Below are positions 1 to 14,906 of a stretch of DNA of 64,000 bases, piece by piece; position 1 is the first letter of the stretch; each line of letters opens with the position of its first letter. The stretch is from Schmidtea polychroa. Lineage: Eukaryota. The translations under genes were made by a program, and so were the position numbers. The stretch is taken from contig CM097885.1 in NCBI GenBank assembly GCA_044892525.1, positions 51,338,001 to 51,402,000 on the forward strand, given 5' to 3'. Under the pieces are notes generated by a model. It was not told the origin of the DNA, searched no databases, and saw only the letters and a list, made by a program, of their open reading frames with translations.

Positions 1-267
1 GTTATATATATGTGTGTGTGTGTGTGTGTGTGAGTACTTGTATATCTAGATTTTTACAGATTATGGTGAACCAACTATGAATTAAAGATAAAATAAATAA
101 CTAATAAACTTCACTTAGATTAGTCAAACTATTTCTTTGATTAGCTCTCTTTTATGAACTGTCCTAATTTTTCTATAAACATCTTTTCTATATACTTGAT
201 TTTTTAGAATGGATTTTATAAATCTTTAAAAATTTACAATATCTATAATGATTAGAATATAAATTAA

Positions 268-499
268 CGCTAGATTTACGGGTAAAATAGCCGCAAAAAT
301 AGGTATACCTAATTCGATAAACGAAATGAGGGAGCGGGTAGAAACGAGTAATTAATATTTACCTATATTTCATGACATATCTAAAAACCAACATATGTAT
401 TCAAAAAATAATAAATCAGTATTATATATATGTAGCAATAGAATTTAATAGATATGAAATTTGAAACCCGTCAAATTGACGGTTTTCGTAAATCTAGTG
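268..499. mobile_element. piggyBac-like MITE
   Basis: TTAA on both sides (264-267, 500-503); TIR CGCTAGATTTACG / CGTAAATCTAGTG (12/13 match); no ORF. Confidence 0.7.
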
Positions 500-1389
500 T
501 TAACCAATTTCTCTGGAATAATGTGATTTACACGTTGACTGATATCTTTACCAAATGTCGATTTGATATGCATCGAACGTCATGTGATCTTTGCTAAGTT
601 GACAGTTCTATCAATAAATTATATTGTATAGTATCCGATATAAGTTGAAATAATATATTTACTTGTTACGAAATGTTTTGGGTGGGTTCGCCACGTACGA
701 ATGTTAATTAATTTATCGATTAAGTGGTTTATGTATGAAACGAAATTTCCAAGATTATTTATTTTAGTTTTTTAATCAATTGTTTTAATAATTTCAATTC
801 TATATAGTAAAATTTAATTCATTTACCATATTCATTTATTAATTCATTTACTGTTTATCAATTGTAAACTTTCCGCTCAATATTTTCCTCCTGCAATGAG
901 AGAAAATACCAGTGATGAGAATGAAATAAATGAAAACACCAACAATAATAGTTAGAAACATTACAAATATGTTCTTTAAAGTGGTTATTCAAAATTTGTT
1001 ATTTTATATTCAACAAGCTAATATAATTTCACATTTACAATATGATGCTACCCAAAGTCCATCAATGTGTATTTTGCACAATAAATCGTTTATTTTATAT
1101 TCAACAACAAATTATATATTTTTGTGCTTTGAATAAATAGAATTTTTATATATTTAATAATTATTCATCATTTTCAATAATTAATATTGTTTTTATTTTC
1201 ATTTATCTTCATTCGTTTCCCGATTAAAAATCAATATTTTATTTTATTTAACACAAATCATCAGCTTAATTTTTGTTATATGTGTCGATAAATTGTATTA
1301 AATTTTGTTCAAAAAAAATCTCCAGAATAAAGACAAAAACCGAAAATTTAACCAATTCAATTTCACTAATTATTTAATTAAATTTTGAT

Positions 1390-1391
<2 letters not shown>

Positions 1392-1457
<66 letters not shown>
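1392..1457. repeat. (TA)n microsatellite
   Basis: Directly visible; explains spurious ORF 1385-1597. Confidence 0.95.
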
Positions 1458-1461
<4 letters not shown>

Positions 1462-2706
1462 ATTAATGAAATTTAAAAAGAAAAATATGCATGTTAAATT
1501 AAATTTAATAACATTTCTAGTTCACATTTTAACAAATATTATAAGTATGTTTCGTGATAAAATTCGGTTGTGTAATTTTGAAAATCATTCAGTTTAGTCG
1601 AATAAAGTTATTTTATTTTTCTCTTTTTGTCTAGATGCAAGTACTTTGAAGTATTCCTACGTATAAGAAATCACTTATCTTAAAAATCTAATTAGAGATT
1701 TTTCCAAAATAAATACAGGTTTTCATTTGTAAAATTATTTTATAACGTCTGCTGTGTCCTTTATGGGCTTTATGAATGTTTTATTCATTGATGTCAAACA
1801 TTTCAAAGGAATAAATTTATTCAGTGGTGTTAGAAGAACTTAAAGCCATGATAATCTATATTTTTTACGGTGAAATTATTTATTTGGAACTTTATGATTA
1901 AACGAAAACATTAGTTTATTATCATTTATTATCATTTTATTATCATTTTATTATCATTTATTACCATTTATTATCATTATCACTAATAGTAATCACAAAT
2001 ATGGTGTAAATAAATTTTTGCTAAATTTTAATACCAAAGATTCGATTAAATCAGGATTTATAATTTTTAATGCTGGTGTTAAAATATATTAAATTAAAAA
2101 ATTCTGTTATCACTATGCGAATTTTGGTTTTTGAATCTTGTTATTGTAAATAGTATACAACTATTAATTATTTTAATTAATTATTCTTATGATGCAATAA
2201 AAATTAAAAGATTTTTATATATTTTTAGATTTAAATTTATATGAACCAGTTTTTATTTTATTTTGCATTTCAATTTGTCTATAAAATTTATAATTCAGTA
2301 AATTAATTATAATACTGTATATATAGTATAGTATAGTATAGTAAAGTATGATATAAAATTGTAGAACTAGTAGATCAAGTTAAATTCATTGAAATATTTA
2401 TTATTTAATATTAGAATCATAACTTTTTGTATTAATTGAATTCATAATTATAACGTTTAATGTAAATGACATCGTTTAAAAATATATTAATAGTATATAA
2501 TATATTAATTGTTTGAAAATTTTTTAAAATAATAATGAATGTATTATTAGGCATTTCAATATAAAATAATACATGTGAACAACATTCAATAATAATTAAT
2601 TATAATTTATTTAAATACATCGAATTAAAGATTCATAATAATTCACGGGTTTCAGTGCATGATACTTCCGTGTTATCTAACCCCCAAAAATTAAATTATA
2701 AAATTT

Positions 2707-2820
2707 CCATCGGTCCCTACTGCGGCTGAACGAAGTGTTTCAGTGTTGACAAAACTTCTTGTATAAGACAGAAACTTTGATGATTTGATCATTTCTACCT
2801 ACATGTTTGTATACTATAAC
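2707..2820 (+). pseudogene. Degraded hAT-like transposase C-terminal (dimerisation) fragment
   Basis: Manual translation PSVPTAAERSVSVLTKLLV*DRNFDD...YMFVYYN resembles the hAT ERSFS motif; has an in-frame stop. Confidence 0.4.
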
Positions 2821-3608
2821 AATTATTTCAAATGTGATATTGAAATTCAAGATTTTGATAAATAAAGTTTTCTTGCTGATATAATTCTTTTTTCATTTGC
2901 AATGAAATGCAATTTTTATGCGCTTTTCTAATTATAAATGTAAACTTTATAAATTTTCCTGTTGCCCTAAGACTATAATATCTTTTCTAACACATGACAG
3001 TCCATGTGTACATATTTGTGCTTTACAATTAATTGTACTCAAACGCTTCATATTTACTACTATTTGTTCACGGAATGAAACGTGATAACAAAACATTATA
3101 AATATTTTACACACTTTTTACTTCATTTTAGTGATACCATAGTAGTCATATATTATGAATAAAACGAGCCCTTCAAACCATCAATTGTAAACTAAGAATA
3201 TATTTCTTTTTTCCTGTCTCCTCTTCATATATTTTTATGATAATTTTCGTCGCTCTTTATTGAGTGTTTTTGCCTTTTTTATTATTATTTTAAATTTTAT
3301 AATTCAATAGTTGTGAATCTTTTCTTGATGCTTTGTATTTTGACTATAAGAAATGATTATAAGATGTCTATGAAAGTTTTGAGCACTTTTTGATTCTAAT
3401 TTTAAAGTTTTCACTAGTTATTCAATTATGTAATGGAGTTTTTCTCATTACATTTTTACGTCATCACTTAATTAAAACAAATAATGGTAATAAAGTCATT
3501 TGTACACAGGATAGCACGTCCCCGGGAATATTCACATCATATTAAATAGGCATGTTTGAAGTGACCTTTAGGGTTATTTCAAGATATTTTTCTTAGATAT
3601 TTAGATAG

Positions 3609-3805
<197 letters not shown>

Positions 3806-4277
3806 CTATATAACAATTTTGATGAAGTAATGTAATTGAAAGTTATAAATGAGATCGCTGATTGTAAAAGTAAATTAAATATTTTCTAAATTTAATTAAT
3901 TAATTATTGTCAAAAATGCAAAAATTTAAAGTTTATTGTTTTTATTTGCTATAATTTGGCAAATGTTTTAAAAAATACCAATATTAGAAAATTTGAGAAT
4001 GATTGAATAAAGGTTTAGGTCTAATAAAATCAGTATACCGTTTTGTTTATCTGAATTGTAATTGTGATTGTAATTTAATATCAATAAATATTATATTTTT
4101 ATTGGAATCTACTGATGACCATAAAAATGACGACATACGAAATCGAATATAATTAATAAAAGTTTATTTTCCATATTTAATTCAATAAATAACATGTTTG
4201 CATAAAAAATTAAATTCAACTTATATTGAAAAATTATTAGTTTATTATCACAAACGGACTGATATTATTATACGTAG

Positions 4278-4503
4278 GAAATATTTGGAATCAAATTGCT
4301 TCTTCAACATTTCCAGTGACCAAGAAAATGTTACTGCTGTTTTAAAATCTGATGACCCAGCAGGGTCACATGTAACAATTTTGGTTCCAATAGTGATCAT
4401 CGGTTTTATAGTTTTTAGCTGTATTCTGATAATGAGGTTTTGTCAAGATGGAGAGAGCACTTTAATGATGAGAGCAAAAATTATGAAATATCATCCGGAA
4501 AAG
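4278..4503 (+). CDS. Possible host exon encoding a single transmembrane segment
   Basis: Within ORF 4198-4536; bounded by TAG| and AAG|GTTAGT; hydrophobic VTILVPIVIIGFIVFSCILIM; no recognised homology. Confidence 0.3.
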
Positions 4504-5131
4504 GTTAGTGAGTCAATTTATTTTTATCTACGTTGATTTATATGAATTTGATTTATTTCGATTTTGCATTTAAATAATATAAAATTCAGTTGAATAAAAC
4601 ACATTTAATATCCTGAGGCAAATAATTCTTCTCCACCTGTTTTCAGTTATATGCTGCAAGTTTATGATTTATAAACTAATAAATATGTTTTTATTTTTCA
4701 ATATTAAATAATGCGACACTTTTGCTTTTTAGTCAAGGTACAAATTACGATTTTCTATTTTCTATTATGATTTTTTAATTATTTAATATTTAAATTAATC
4801 AAATGTTATATTTGTGAATATTCATAAACCCATTCTTTGAAATTTTTGTTTGAATTAATTGCTGTTAACAGTAATAGTCTCTATATGTTTCATATATGTT
4901 TTATATATATTTTCCATCAATGAATAAATGTGAATAAATGCAAATTAATGCAAATAAAATAAAATTGAAAAATAGAATCGCTGATTTTTAAAGTAAATTA
5001 AATATTTTTTGTAAATTTAATTAATTATTGTCAAAAATGAAAAAAGTTTAAAGTTGATTGTTTGTACTTGCTATAATTTGGCAGATATTATAGAAAATTT
5101 TGTCTAGTGATTAGTAGTCTATAGCCTGTGG

Positions 5132-5829
5132 CAGTGCCGGGTTTAGATCTGATAAGGCCCTAGGCTATTTGAAATATGGGGCCTTTTATAAGACCAGATA
5201 TCATATTTCAGCGCCAAATATGATTTTTGGATACCTAGAGGGATAAACTGAAATACTATTAAGAAGTGTAGATGGTGAAATAATAAATCTTTAATTTAAA
5301 ATCATTTTTTTCATAACTAACTTAAAAATGCAAACTCTGATAAAAAGAAGCAAAAAATCTTGTTAAAAAATCAATTTACAAAGGTTTATTATCTAATCTC
5401 TTGAAACATGCTATGAGAATAAAGGAATTATATTAAACTAAAATATTTTCTTTCTTGCCTTTGCCTGAGCAAAGTCACTGAGGACATCATCGAATGATAA
5501 GCTGCGTAGTTTGTCACTTTCTATACACATGAGACTGAGGGAACATAATTTATCTTGAGTCATTGATGTTCTAAATTCAGAAGCTGTCGAAATGTATCAG
5601 TAATCTCGGTTGTCATAATTATGGCTAAACAAACCCTAGACACAATAGCGCTTTGCCTTTGTTCTTCGAATAGACGTCATAAAGAATTGGTTGAAGAATA
5701 TGGGACGTTTCAGACATGCGGCAGTAGGAAAAATAATGCTGCAGTATATTTAAGTCGACATGACAATTTCTCATTCGGACACTTTATGGAGCCCTAAGAA
5801 AGCAAGGTAGATATGTAAATCCTGCACTG
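5132..5829 (-). mobile_element. Non-autonomous hAT deletion derivative retaining the transposase C-terminus
   Basis: Imperfect TIRs CAGTGCCGGGTTTAG / GTAAATCCTGCACTG; flanking (G)CCTGTGG duplication; minus strand ~5438-5578 reads EFRTSMTQDKLCSLSLMCIESDKLRSLSFDDVLSDFAQAKARKKIF*. Confidence 0.75.
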
Positions 5830-6865
5830 CCTGTGGGCTTGTAATTTTTTTAATTTTTATTTAATTTCTAGAAAAATGATGTAATATCCAAAATCAGCCT
5901 TTTACTATTTACACTACATGATTTGCTTAATGTTATGAAGCGTGACCCGATTGAGTAACTCTTTTTTAGCAATAAAGGTTGCTTATAACCTAGTCAACAC
6001 AATATATATATTAAATATATATCTTAGATTACTTAAATGCGTTAGGATTCGTCCGTAAATGTACTTTCAAAATAATGACCTCAGTTCTTAAGGAGATATT
6101 AAATCTCGATGTCAAGATCAAAAACAGATTTTCCTAATGGCTTGATAGGTGAAAAAAACTAATTATAAAAATAATTCATTTATATTTTAAAGCAATCATC
6201 TCATACCGCATTTAATAATTATTTTATAAAAATTCTAATTTTAATACTAATAATTTTAATAATATATCAAAATAATCATTTATTTTTTTGTTCCCTTTAA
6301 TCGGTTTTTACTTTTGGACTTTCATCAATCTTCATTTTGATTTCGATTATATATTAATAAATTTTCCTATTAACCCATGAAAATAATTGAAATTCTAAAT
6401 AAATTTTTTTGTTATTTTTAATTTCATTGGTAAAGATTTAAAAAACAAAAAACGTTAAAATTTATCATTACAAGAATAAACTGGTAATAAAAATTTTAAA
6501 GTTTTCTTCATTCAACTTAATATGACAAGGATTCTTTTGTCTTCATTTGTTTATAGAATGAAAATAAATATTTTGTTTTAATATAACAATAAATTATTTT
6601 AATTTATAGTCATCATTAAAACATTTGTAATTCTTTAACTTTCAGCATTATAAATTAATAAAATGACGATCCTTGATATCTGTAAAAAGAATATTGTTCA
6701 AAATTTGCGAATTTTTTTTACTGTAAAAAGAAATCTTTTTATTTCTAAATAAGAATGGATATCATCCTCAAAATCTTAATACAATATTAACTTTTGGTGT
6801 TTATACAATTTTAGGGAAAACCAGAAGTTACTTACAGTAGTTCTTTTCTAATATTAGCTTGGAAC

Positions 6866-7127
6866 CAGGCGCGGCTCGTATTTGAAATTGTGGGGTGCTG
6901 CACGTTTTATGTAGATATATAAAAAGTGATTTTTAAAACCTGGCCACCACGTGATTGCTTGCATAGGTAGCCAAACGTACATCTGTTGTATCGAAACATT
7001 ATAACAAAAAATTTAAAAATGGAATAAGTTTATATTTCAGAGATATGTACGTCACGCATACATGTTACATGTTTCGAATTTTTAGGAGTGTTGCAGTTCC
7101 GCAGTGACTATGCATGGCCCACGTCTG
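6866..7127. mobile_element. hAT-like MITE
   Basis: Ends CAGGCGCGGCTC / GGCCCACGTCTG; 8-bp flanks CTTGGAAC / CTTGAAAC (1 mismatch). Confidence 0.5.
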
Positions 7128-7926
7128 CTTGAAACCTTAATAATAAAATTTGTTCAATCTGATCATTGAGGTTATGAAATATGATTTCTGGTGGTATCGA
7201 GATTATTGCATAATGCTAGCGAAATTCAAATTAAACGAAAACTAATCTATCCTAATCCTGAAATTGTGCAAAAAAATGTTATTAAAAAGTAAAATTTAAA
7301 TTAATAAAAAATTTAATAAAACAAAAAGTCAATATTTTTCGAATTTAAGTTTAGGAACTAAATGAAAAGATAAATATGAATTCAATATTTTCAAATTGAT
7401 GTTGGACCCCCATAAAATATAATAGCAAACTAATTATTAAATTAAAGAAATTGTAAATAAATCGATGTTCTTGGTCAGCATTAGTAAGGGTCTTGCAGTT
7501 TGAGAATTATATAGGACTCAGCAATGATGGTAGTAATTAGGATCATATTTGAAGTACGTCATGTCCGGAAATATACCAAATGATCTTCAAAATCTTTTCT
7601 TGCGTCCATTCCTCAATTTGTGATCTGAATTATATATTTTAATTAGCTAGATAGGGAAGCTTTTTCATTAATATTTCTTGAACTCTTTATCACTGATTAA
7701 AGTACAAGTTAATGGGAACTGTTTCATGGCGATTTTAGAGTTTATAGTGTAAACATATCTTATTTCATTATTATACTTTTATCCTAATTTTAATCTTTTT
7801 CCTATGGTCTCGACAGAGAAATTACAATATATTTTTTTATTTGGTTTTAATTAACAGAAATCATACCATTATTCCAGGTTCCTTGACATTAATGATCTTT
7901 TTAAATGTTGAAAAATAATTTATTTT

Positions 7927-8554
7927 TAAGGTGACCAACAATTTTTTGTTCAAAAAGAGTACACTTTGCAAGTATTTCATAGGTGAAAAAAAGAAGAAAA
8001 AACGATAAAAACTTTATTTTCTTTTAAAAACATATTTTTCTTTGGAGTGGATTTTTTTGCTAAATGAGTATGTTCGTCTAATAATGTAGCCACATCCGAA
8101 CAACTTTCGTTTTGCATATTAAATTTGACCGTTAAGACGGCAGATAATGTTTTTACAGAAAGTTGCGACTTCTCACTGCTCCATTAATCATTCCCTAGTG
8201 AAAATACCCTTTCAACAGCAGCATTAGTGCCTGGACAACATAAGGAAATTTCTATTAAAACTTTTAAATTTTCATGTGAGATATGTTCTACTCTAAAATG
8301 CCGAAAGATTTCTACCCATCTTTTGTCAAGTTCTATTTTCTCATCGTTCCATTTCTTCAATTTTTCTTCATTTAAATATAAATTTACTTTTCGAATGTCT
8401 TCAAAGAGAAAATTGTCATTAATAACAATATCTTTTACTTCCTTCATTACAAATTCGACTGTGAAGAAACTTTTTTCCATTCAATTTTACTATTTATAAG
8501 GGTCCATTTGAAACAATTTAATGCTCTAAAGTTCACTATCCATTGTTCGATATA
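7927..8554 (-). pseudogene. hAT transposase remnant, 3' part (interrupted by E1)
   Basis: ORF 8184-8480 carries CPGTNAAVERVFS (hAT dimerisation motif); TAAGGTGACCA terminus-like sequence at 7927; frame continues across the E1 empty site. Confidence 0.75.
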
Positions 8555-9514
8555 AGTAGGGTATTGTGTGGACCCGGGAACAAAGACATATGACGTCATA
8601 CCATCCCCCACCCCCCCGGGGGGAGGGGTTTTTTTTTTTTAAATTTTTTTTTTTTTTTTAAATTTTTTTTTTTAAAAATTTTTTTTTTTAAATTTATATT
8701 ACGTTGCGGTATTTTAAAATTTATATTACGTTGCGGTATTTTAAAATTTATATTACGTTGCGGTTTTTTAAAATTTATATTACGTTGCGGTATTTTAAAA
8801 ATATATTACGTTGCGGTATTTTGAAATTTTAATTATTAAATATATTACGTTGCGGTATTTTAAAATTTTAATTATTAAATATATTACGTTGCGGTATTTT
8901 AAAAACTTATTTTGATGGTTAAATAAAATAAAATTATTACACACAATACTCAGACAAAATATTCTGTTCCCCTATGGTCACACACACAATGTATAAAAAT
9001 ATTATTATTAATGTCCACACACGCAACAAGTTAGTGTTCTCATCGATATATTATTAATCTATATACTCCGAGTTTATCCGACAAAATATTCTGTCCCCCT
9101 ATGGGTACTGCTCACAAGGGTACTGGTCACGCTCAACAACTCGCTAGGGTATTATTAGTATTATTAATAATGACTAAGATATTTTCAAAGAATTATTATT
9201 ACAACTCCCAAGAATATTATTATTATTATTATTATTATTATTATCATGTATTTTTAGAACGATGACTCATTCGATGACTCATACGATGACTCATAAATTA
9301 TTATTATTTTCAAAAATATTATTAAGTGGTCTGGCGGGCTCCTGGTTTTCGTTTGCTCAAAACTTAATGTTCCCACCAACAGATTTTATTGATCTATAGC
9401 TCATTTTAAGGCCCAGTGCGAGATCTATCTACTGATATATAAATATTATTATCATCATTATTATTGGGAATGATATTAACGTCCGCGCGAAAGATGTTAT
9501 TTTCAAAGTTTTAA

Positions 9515-9587
<73 letters not shown>

Positions 9588-9718
9588 GATTATTATATAT
9601 ACTCCTAGTCTATCCGACAAGATATTCTGTCCCCCTATGGGTAATGGTCACAAGGGTACTACTCACACTCAATATGTCGTAAATTATTATTATTATTATT
9701 TCAAATACAAGTTCAAAA

Positions 9719-9794
<76 letters not shown>

Positions 9795-11604
9795 TATTAT
9801 TATTACGCGCACGGGGAATATTATTATCATATATACTCTTAATCTATCCGACAAAATATTCTATCCCTCTATGGGTATTGCTCATATGGGTAATGGTCAA
9901 AGGTGTACTACTCACATTCAACATGTTTCAAAAGGTATAATATAATTATTATTAAATTCTGACCAACTTAAATCAATGAAGGGGTAGAACAAAAATATAT
10001 TAAGTTGCGGTATTTTAAATTTAAAAATATTTTAAAAACTTATTTTGACACTAAAGTTTACTTAATTAACAAAGACATAATTATTGCACATGCTTTGCAT
10101 AAATATTATTATTTTTTAAATTTTCAATATTTTCTTTTAAAGTATTAACACGCGCGGGAGTTATTATTATTATTATTATTATTATTGTTAATGAAAAATC
10201 TAAAATATGGTTTACACACACAACCCCTCAACCATTATTATTATTATCAATATTAAAAACCTAAAATATTTTTACATACACATACAACTCATTAAACTTT
10301 TTATTATTATTATTATTATTGCAAATATTAGTCAAAAACCTAAAATATTATTTACACACACACAACCCCTCAACCATTATTATTATTATCAATATTAAAA
10401 ACCTAAAATATTTTTACACACACATATGCAACCCATTAACCATTATTATTATTATTGCAAATATTAGTCAAAAACATAAAAACACTCATTAACCATTATT
10501 ATTATCAATATTAGTGAAAACCTAAAATATATATTTTTTTTTTCCACACACACACACAACCCATTAAACTTTATTATTATTATTATTATTATAATTATTA
10601 TTATTATTAGTGAAAAAACCTTAAATAATTTTTACATACTAAGTTATGGGGTAGAGTATTATTATGTTTGCAGTATTCTGTGTTTGCCTTTACAGGAAGT
10701 TGTCAATAAGGAGCGATAATTTTACACACACATTCTATATACACATACCTTGTTTAACATGGGTGTATATACTCCTAGTTTATCCGACAAAATATTCTTT
10801 CCCCCCAATGGGTATTGGTCGTAAGGGTACTACTCACACTCAAGGGTTTTCGATTTTAAAGCATATTATGGTTTATTAAGGTTAGTAAATAAAACTTATC
10901 ACACACACTTTAATATTTAAACGATAAAAATCAAGATAAGAGAGGACAAGGCAAAGTTTATGCGTTTAGTATTGCCAGGTCTAATGAGCAGTGACCAAAT
11001 ATCTGTGCCTGAAAGACACGGTGGATATTTGTTCGCGTCCACAAGGGTCGTCTGTGCCTTCCCCAAGTGGGGTCAGGAGAACCTGGGCATTATAGCTTTC
11101 CGTACGGAACATTACGCCTAGCATGGGTAGTCAACTACTAGCACATTCGAAACGTATAATTTCAAAATACATGCGTCATTGGCACTATAACCAAATTAAT
11201 TAATGTTTTCACTAACACAAATATATATTTACAGAGGCCTCCCACTAGTTGGATTACAACCGCCCACCACGACGATCAGCTTGTAAATATATATTAATTA
11301 AGGGATAAAGAGGACCCACCCAACCCTATTATATTTAATTTACAAATTTTTCTCGCTCTTCTGCTGGTAATCTATCTCAAAATTATCATCTCCATCGGGC
11401 CATTTGGAATACATCTTGCAAATTGGATGTTTTCCTTAGTTTCTGATGCGGCGTCAACTATCATTGCTAAAATTTATATTGATTTAAAAGCAATTAACTT
11501 ACATTATCTAGCATTTTATCGTCACAGGCTTGATAAATTAGGCAACTGTTATTTGTGGTATACTTTTTCAATGTCATTTCCCACCATAAAACACAGATAC
11601 CTAA

Positions 11605-11656
<52 letters not shown>

Positions 11657-14600
11657 AAAGAATTAATTCATGTCTTACATTAATAATAATATTCTTCAGG
11701 TAGTACTTTACAATATCTAATTGCTAAAACATCGGTTTTTCCCATTTTTCTTGACATTCGTTGAAAGTTTACATAATTTAAGTCTGATAATTCATGTTGA
11801 AGGACACCCACAATCAGCTAATTCATTTAAGAAATCCAGAACATAGCAATGTTTCACCATTTTGTCTGGTTCATTTTCTTCTATAATTCATGTTTTAATA
11901 AGAAATTTCTAAATCCAGAACATAAGTCATTTAGTGTTTCACCATTTTATCTGGTTCATCTTCTTCATAATTATATAATTCATTTTCTTCATTACTAAGT
12001 AAAATAATTAAAATATTGTAGTAAATTCTTTATTTACTTACTTTATGGATACTAAAACGAAAGAAATAAAGTTATATCAAAAGTATATTTAAATAATTTA
12101 AATTTAAATAATTTAAATTTAGTTATTTAAAAATATTTAAACAATTTAGTTATTTAAGCATATTTAAACATTAACATTATTATATAGTATAATTTTATGT
12201 ATTCTAAATTTATTAATAAATATAGTATAATTTTATATAATTTTATGTACACTTATATATCCTTCATTTAATTTTTTAAATTCAAATATTTATAATGAAG
12301 ATTCTTTGAATTAAAAAAAAAAAAATATTCTGTTAGTATTTCCAGGCAGAAAACAACGAATTCAATAATTAAAATCTTAATTTTCATGTTGTTAGGGTTG
12401 TGGCCAGAATTTAATCGCCATCTAATCGTTTGTTCTCAATTTTGCTCATTTTTGTTCAAAACATTCAGGTGAGTTGTTATCTGGAAAGTTTCTTTGAGCT
12501 CAGTTTTGTTAAAACACTCACGGTATTTTTGAGGGACGTGACACTGGAAATAAATTAACAATGGGTGGTCTTGCATACATGTTGTTGGTTTGAACTGTTG
12601 ATTTATTTTAGAAATATGTATATTAAAAACATTTAAGGTATCATTCAGTAAAATAATATAGTATTTTTGAGTATTTTTAGTTGATTTATAAATAACAGTA
12701 TTTTGATATATCAATAAAGACCATATACTCCTAGTTTATCCGACAAAATATTCTGTCCCCCTATGGGTATTGCTAGCAAGGGTACTGGTTACACTCAACA
12801 AGTCGCAAGGGTATATTAATCATTTAGAAATTCTTAGGTAAGATAATCAGAAATTTGTGAATATTTTAAATGTAACTTTACACTTATGTCGAGCGACTAA
12901 TTTATTGGTTAACTTTTTAGACATTTAAAGCAAAAGGTAATTTATTCATCTAATGTTCGTTACAATAGTTAATAATATGAGAAAAACATGGTCATTATTC
13001 ATTGATAATTTTAAATTCTTTATCATTTGGAGTAAATTTGTTTGAGGCAAAAATAATTAAAGGAGTCATAATAGAAATATGGTTATCATTTATCCAATTA
13101 AGGGGCTTATTAGTTAGAAATATATATTATAAAGTAACAATTATTTTCTAATTTAATTAGATGATCATTAGACGTAATATATCTTTGCGAGAAATTTAAG
13201 ATGTTTGAGTAACCGAAACATTGATATTTTGGGTCATCAATTTATGAATAGTGCCTAATTTTGTTATTTTTACTCATTTAAAATAATATTTAGCAAAGGT
13301 AATTTAGCAAAATATCATTTATCCACCCGATAACAATATTCCTTCAATAGATTAACTGATATTCAACCTATTTAATTTCTAATTAAAATCATAAATTTCC
13401 TTCAATAAAGTTAAATTTTCTTTAGTTGTCGATTTCCAACTTTTAAGTCAATATTTCTCAAGTTTTGTCACCGATATCCCCACAATGAATATCCGTCTAT
13501 AACATGTTAAATAAAGGTAAATAATTTAAAGCAATAACCTTTGATATCATTCTCAATTAATTCTAAAGATTTCAGATATTTCATTGTCAATACCAAGTAA
13601 ATAAACACCTAATTGATCATTAACCCTAAACGACTTAATAAAACCGTGGATAATTAATAGATAATTAATAAAAACTTGTTCTAAAACATAAATCTAAATT
13701 ACTGTGCAATAACATTCATCACGACCTAATAAACCTCTAAAACGATATAAGTTCACTGGAATTATTATTAATTCATAGCTAAATACTGACTATTTCCTTT
13801 GAAAATTTGATATTTTACCAATAAGAACATTGTCAATTTAAATAGAGATTTCAAAACATGTCCACCTTAACCGATCCCTCACCAAATATTTCTAGCATTT
13901 TAAAAACCCCCCTTAAAAATCATATATTACCATCTTAACCGAACCTTCACTAAATCCAACCGACTTTAATATATCAATTCTCTTAAAATCCATGGGAAAT
14001 CCTTCAAAATATGAATTTTATTTAATTGTTAAAAACATTCTTCCATTGAAATAATTTAGTAGCTAAATTCAAAGAGTCCACTAAAAGATCAAAATAAATA
14101 TTTAACCACATGTATCATCAAATACCGAACTAGAGATGATAATATCTCATTGATTGATCATAATTCTTCGTCGATTCAACTAATTATAGCCATTACAACA
14201 TGATATATCTTTCAAACTAAATTTCAGTATATTTTACAATAATTTTCAAGTAGATTTCAAATATATCATCATCATGAAAAAATTAGCTGGTTTCAACTTT
14301 AGATTTTCAATATTTTAAAGTTCATCAATGTGTAAATATTCTTAGAAAAATATATGAAAAATTATTTAGTCAAATTATCATTACAAAGTCATCATCAAAA
14401 TTAATTTTTATTTAAAATTTAAAAACAAGTCAATAAAATATAGCAAATTATCAAGAAATTAATTAAATTTATCTTAGAATTAACACTAAACCTTAAATAT
14501 TCTTTCAATTAACATGAAATTCACAAAAAATGTTAGTAAAATCCCGCTAAATCTAAAAAATTACCAATGAATTTAATGCCAAATAATAACCAAATATTTG

Positions 14601-14906
14601 CCTAAATAAAATCATTAAAACACAACAGTACCTTTACGACCAGTACCCTTACGAGCAGTACCAATTGTGAACAGTACCCATAGAGGGAGAAAATATCTTG
14701 TCGGATAAACTCAGAGTATATATAATAAAACGAATTAACAATAACTCCATCAAATTGAATCAGTCAAATTAACACAAATTTTGATAAAAAATCTTATTCT
14801 AAAATGGTAAGAAGCGTAAAGTCGAAAGATAATTTTAATAACACCGAGATAAATTAACAATATTATTCTCAGGTGGTAAGAATCTTCATTAAAGTTAGGA
14901 AATTAT
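8555..14906 (+). repeat. E1 left inverted arm (~6.35 kb)
   Basis: Reverse complement of 15613-21947; visible differences are mainly microsatellite and homopolymer lengths. Confidence 0.95.
8695..8902 (+). repeat. Subterminal tandem repeats with ATATTACGTTGCGGTA core (~26 bp units, 7 copies)
   Basis: Directly visible; mirrored at ~21633-21815; the same core occurs once per arm in E2 (~24914, ~35147). Confidence 0.9.

Noticed and set aside
6600..6840. Minus-strand host gene with ~38-42 nt introns
   Set aside because: Splice-like signals are visible but I could not assemble a convincing reading frame
9429..10398. Poly-I, poly-L and poly-Y ORFs, their mirrors, and similar ORFs at 25007-25799, 34297-35068, 46977 and 60307
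   Set aside because: Translations of (ATT)n microsatellites
10973..11090. Hammerhead ribozyme (CTAATGA...GAA)
   Set aside because: The core is not CUGANGA and the stem order does not fit hammerhead topology; G-U pairs favour the opposite strand
12436..12714. 92-aa ORF (mirror 17805-18083) as a real gene
   Set aside because: TTG start and no recognisable motif; its duplication only reflects the palindrome
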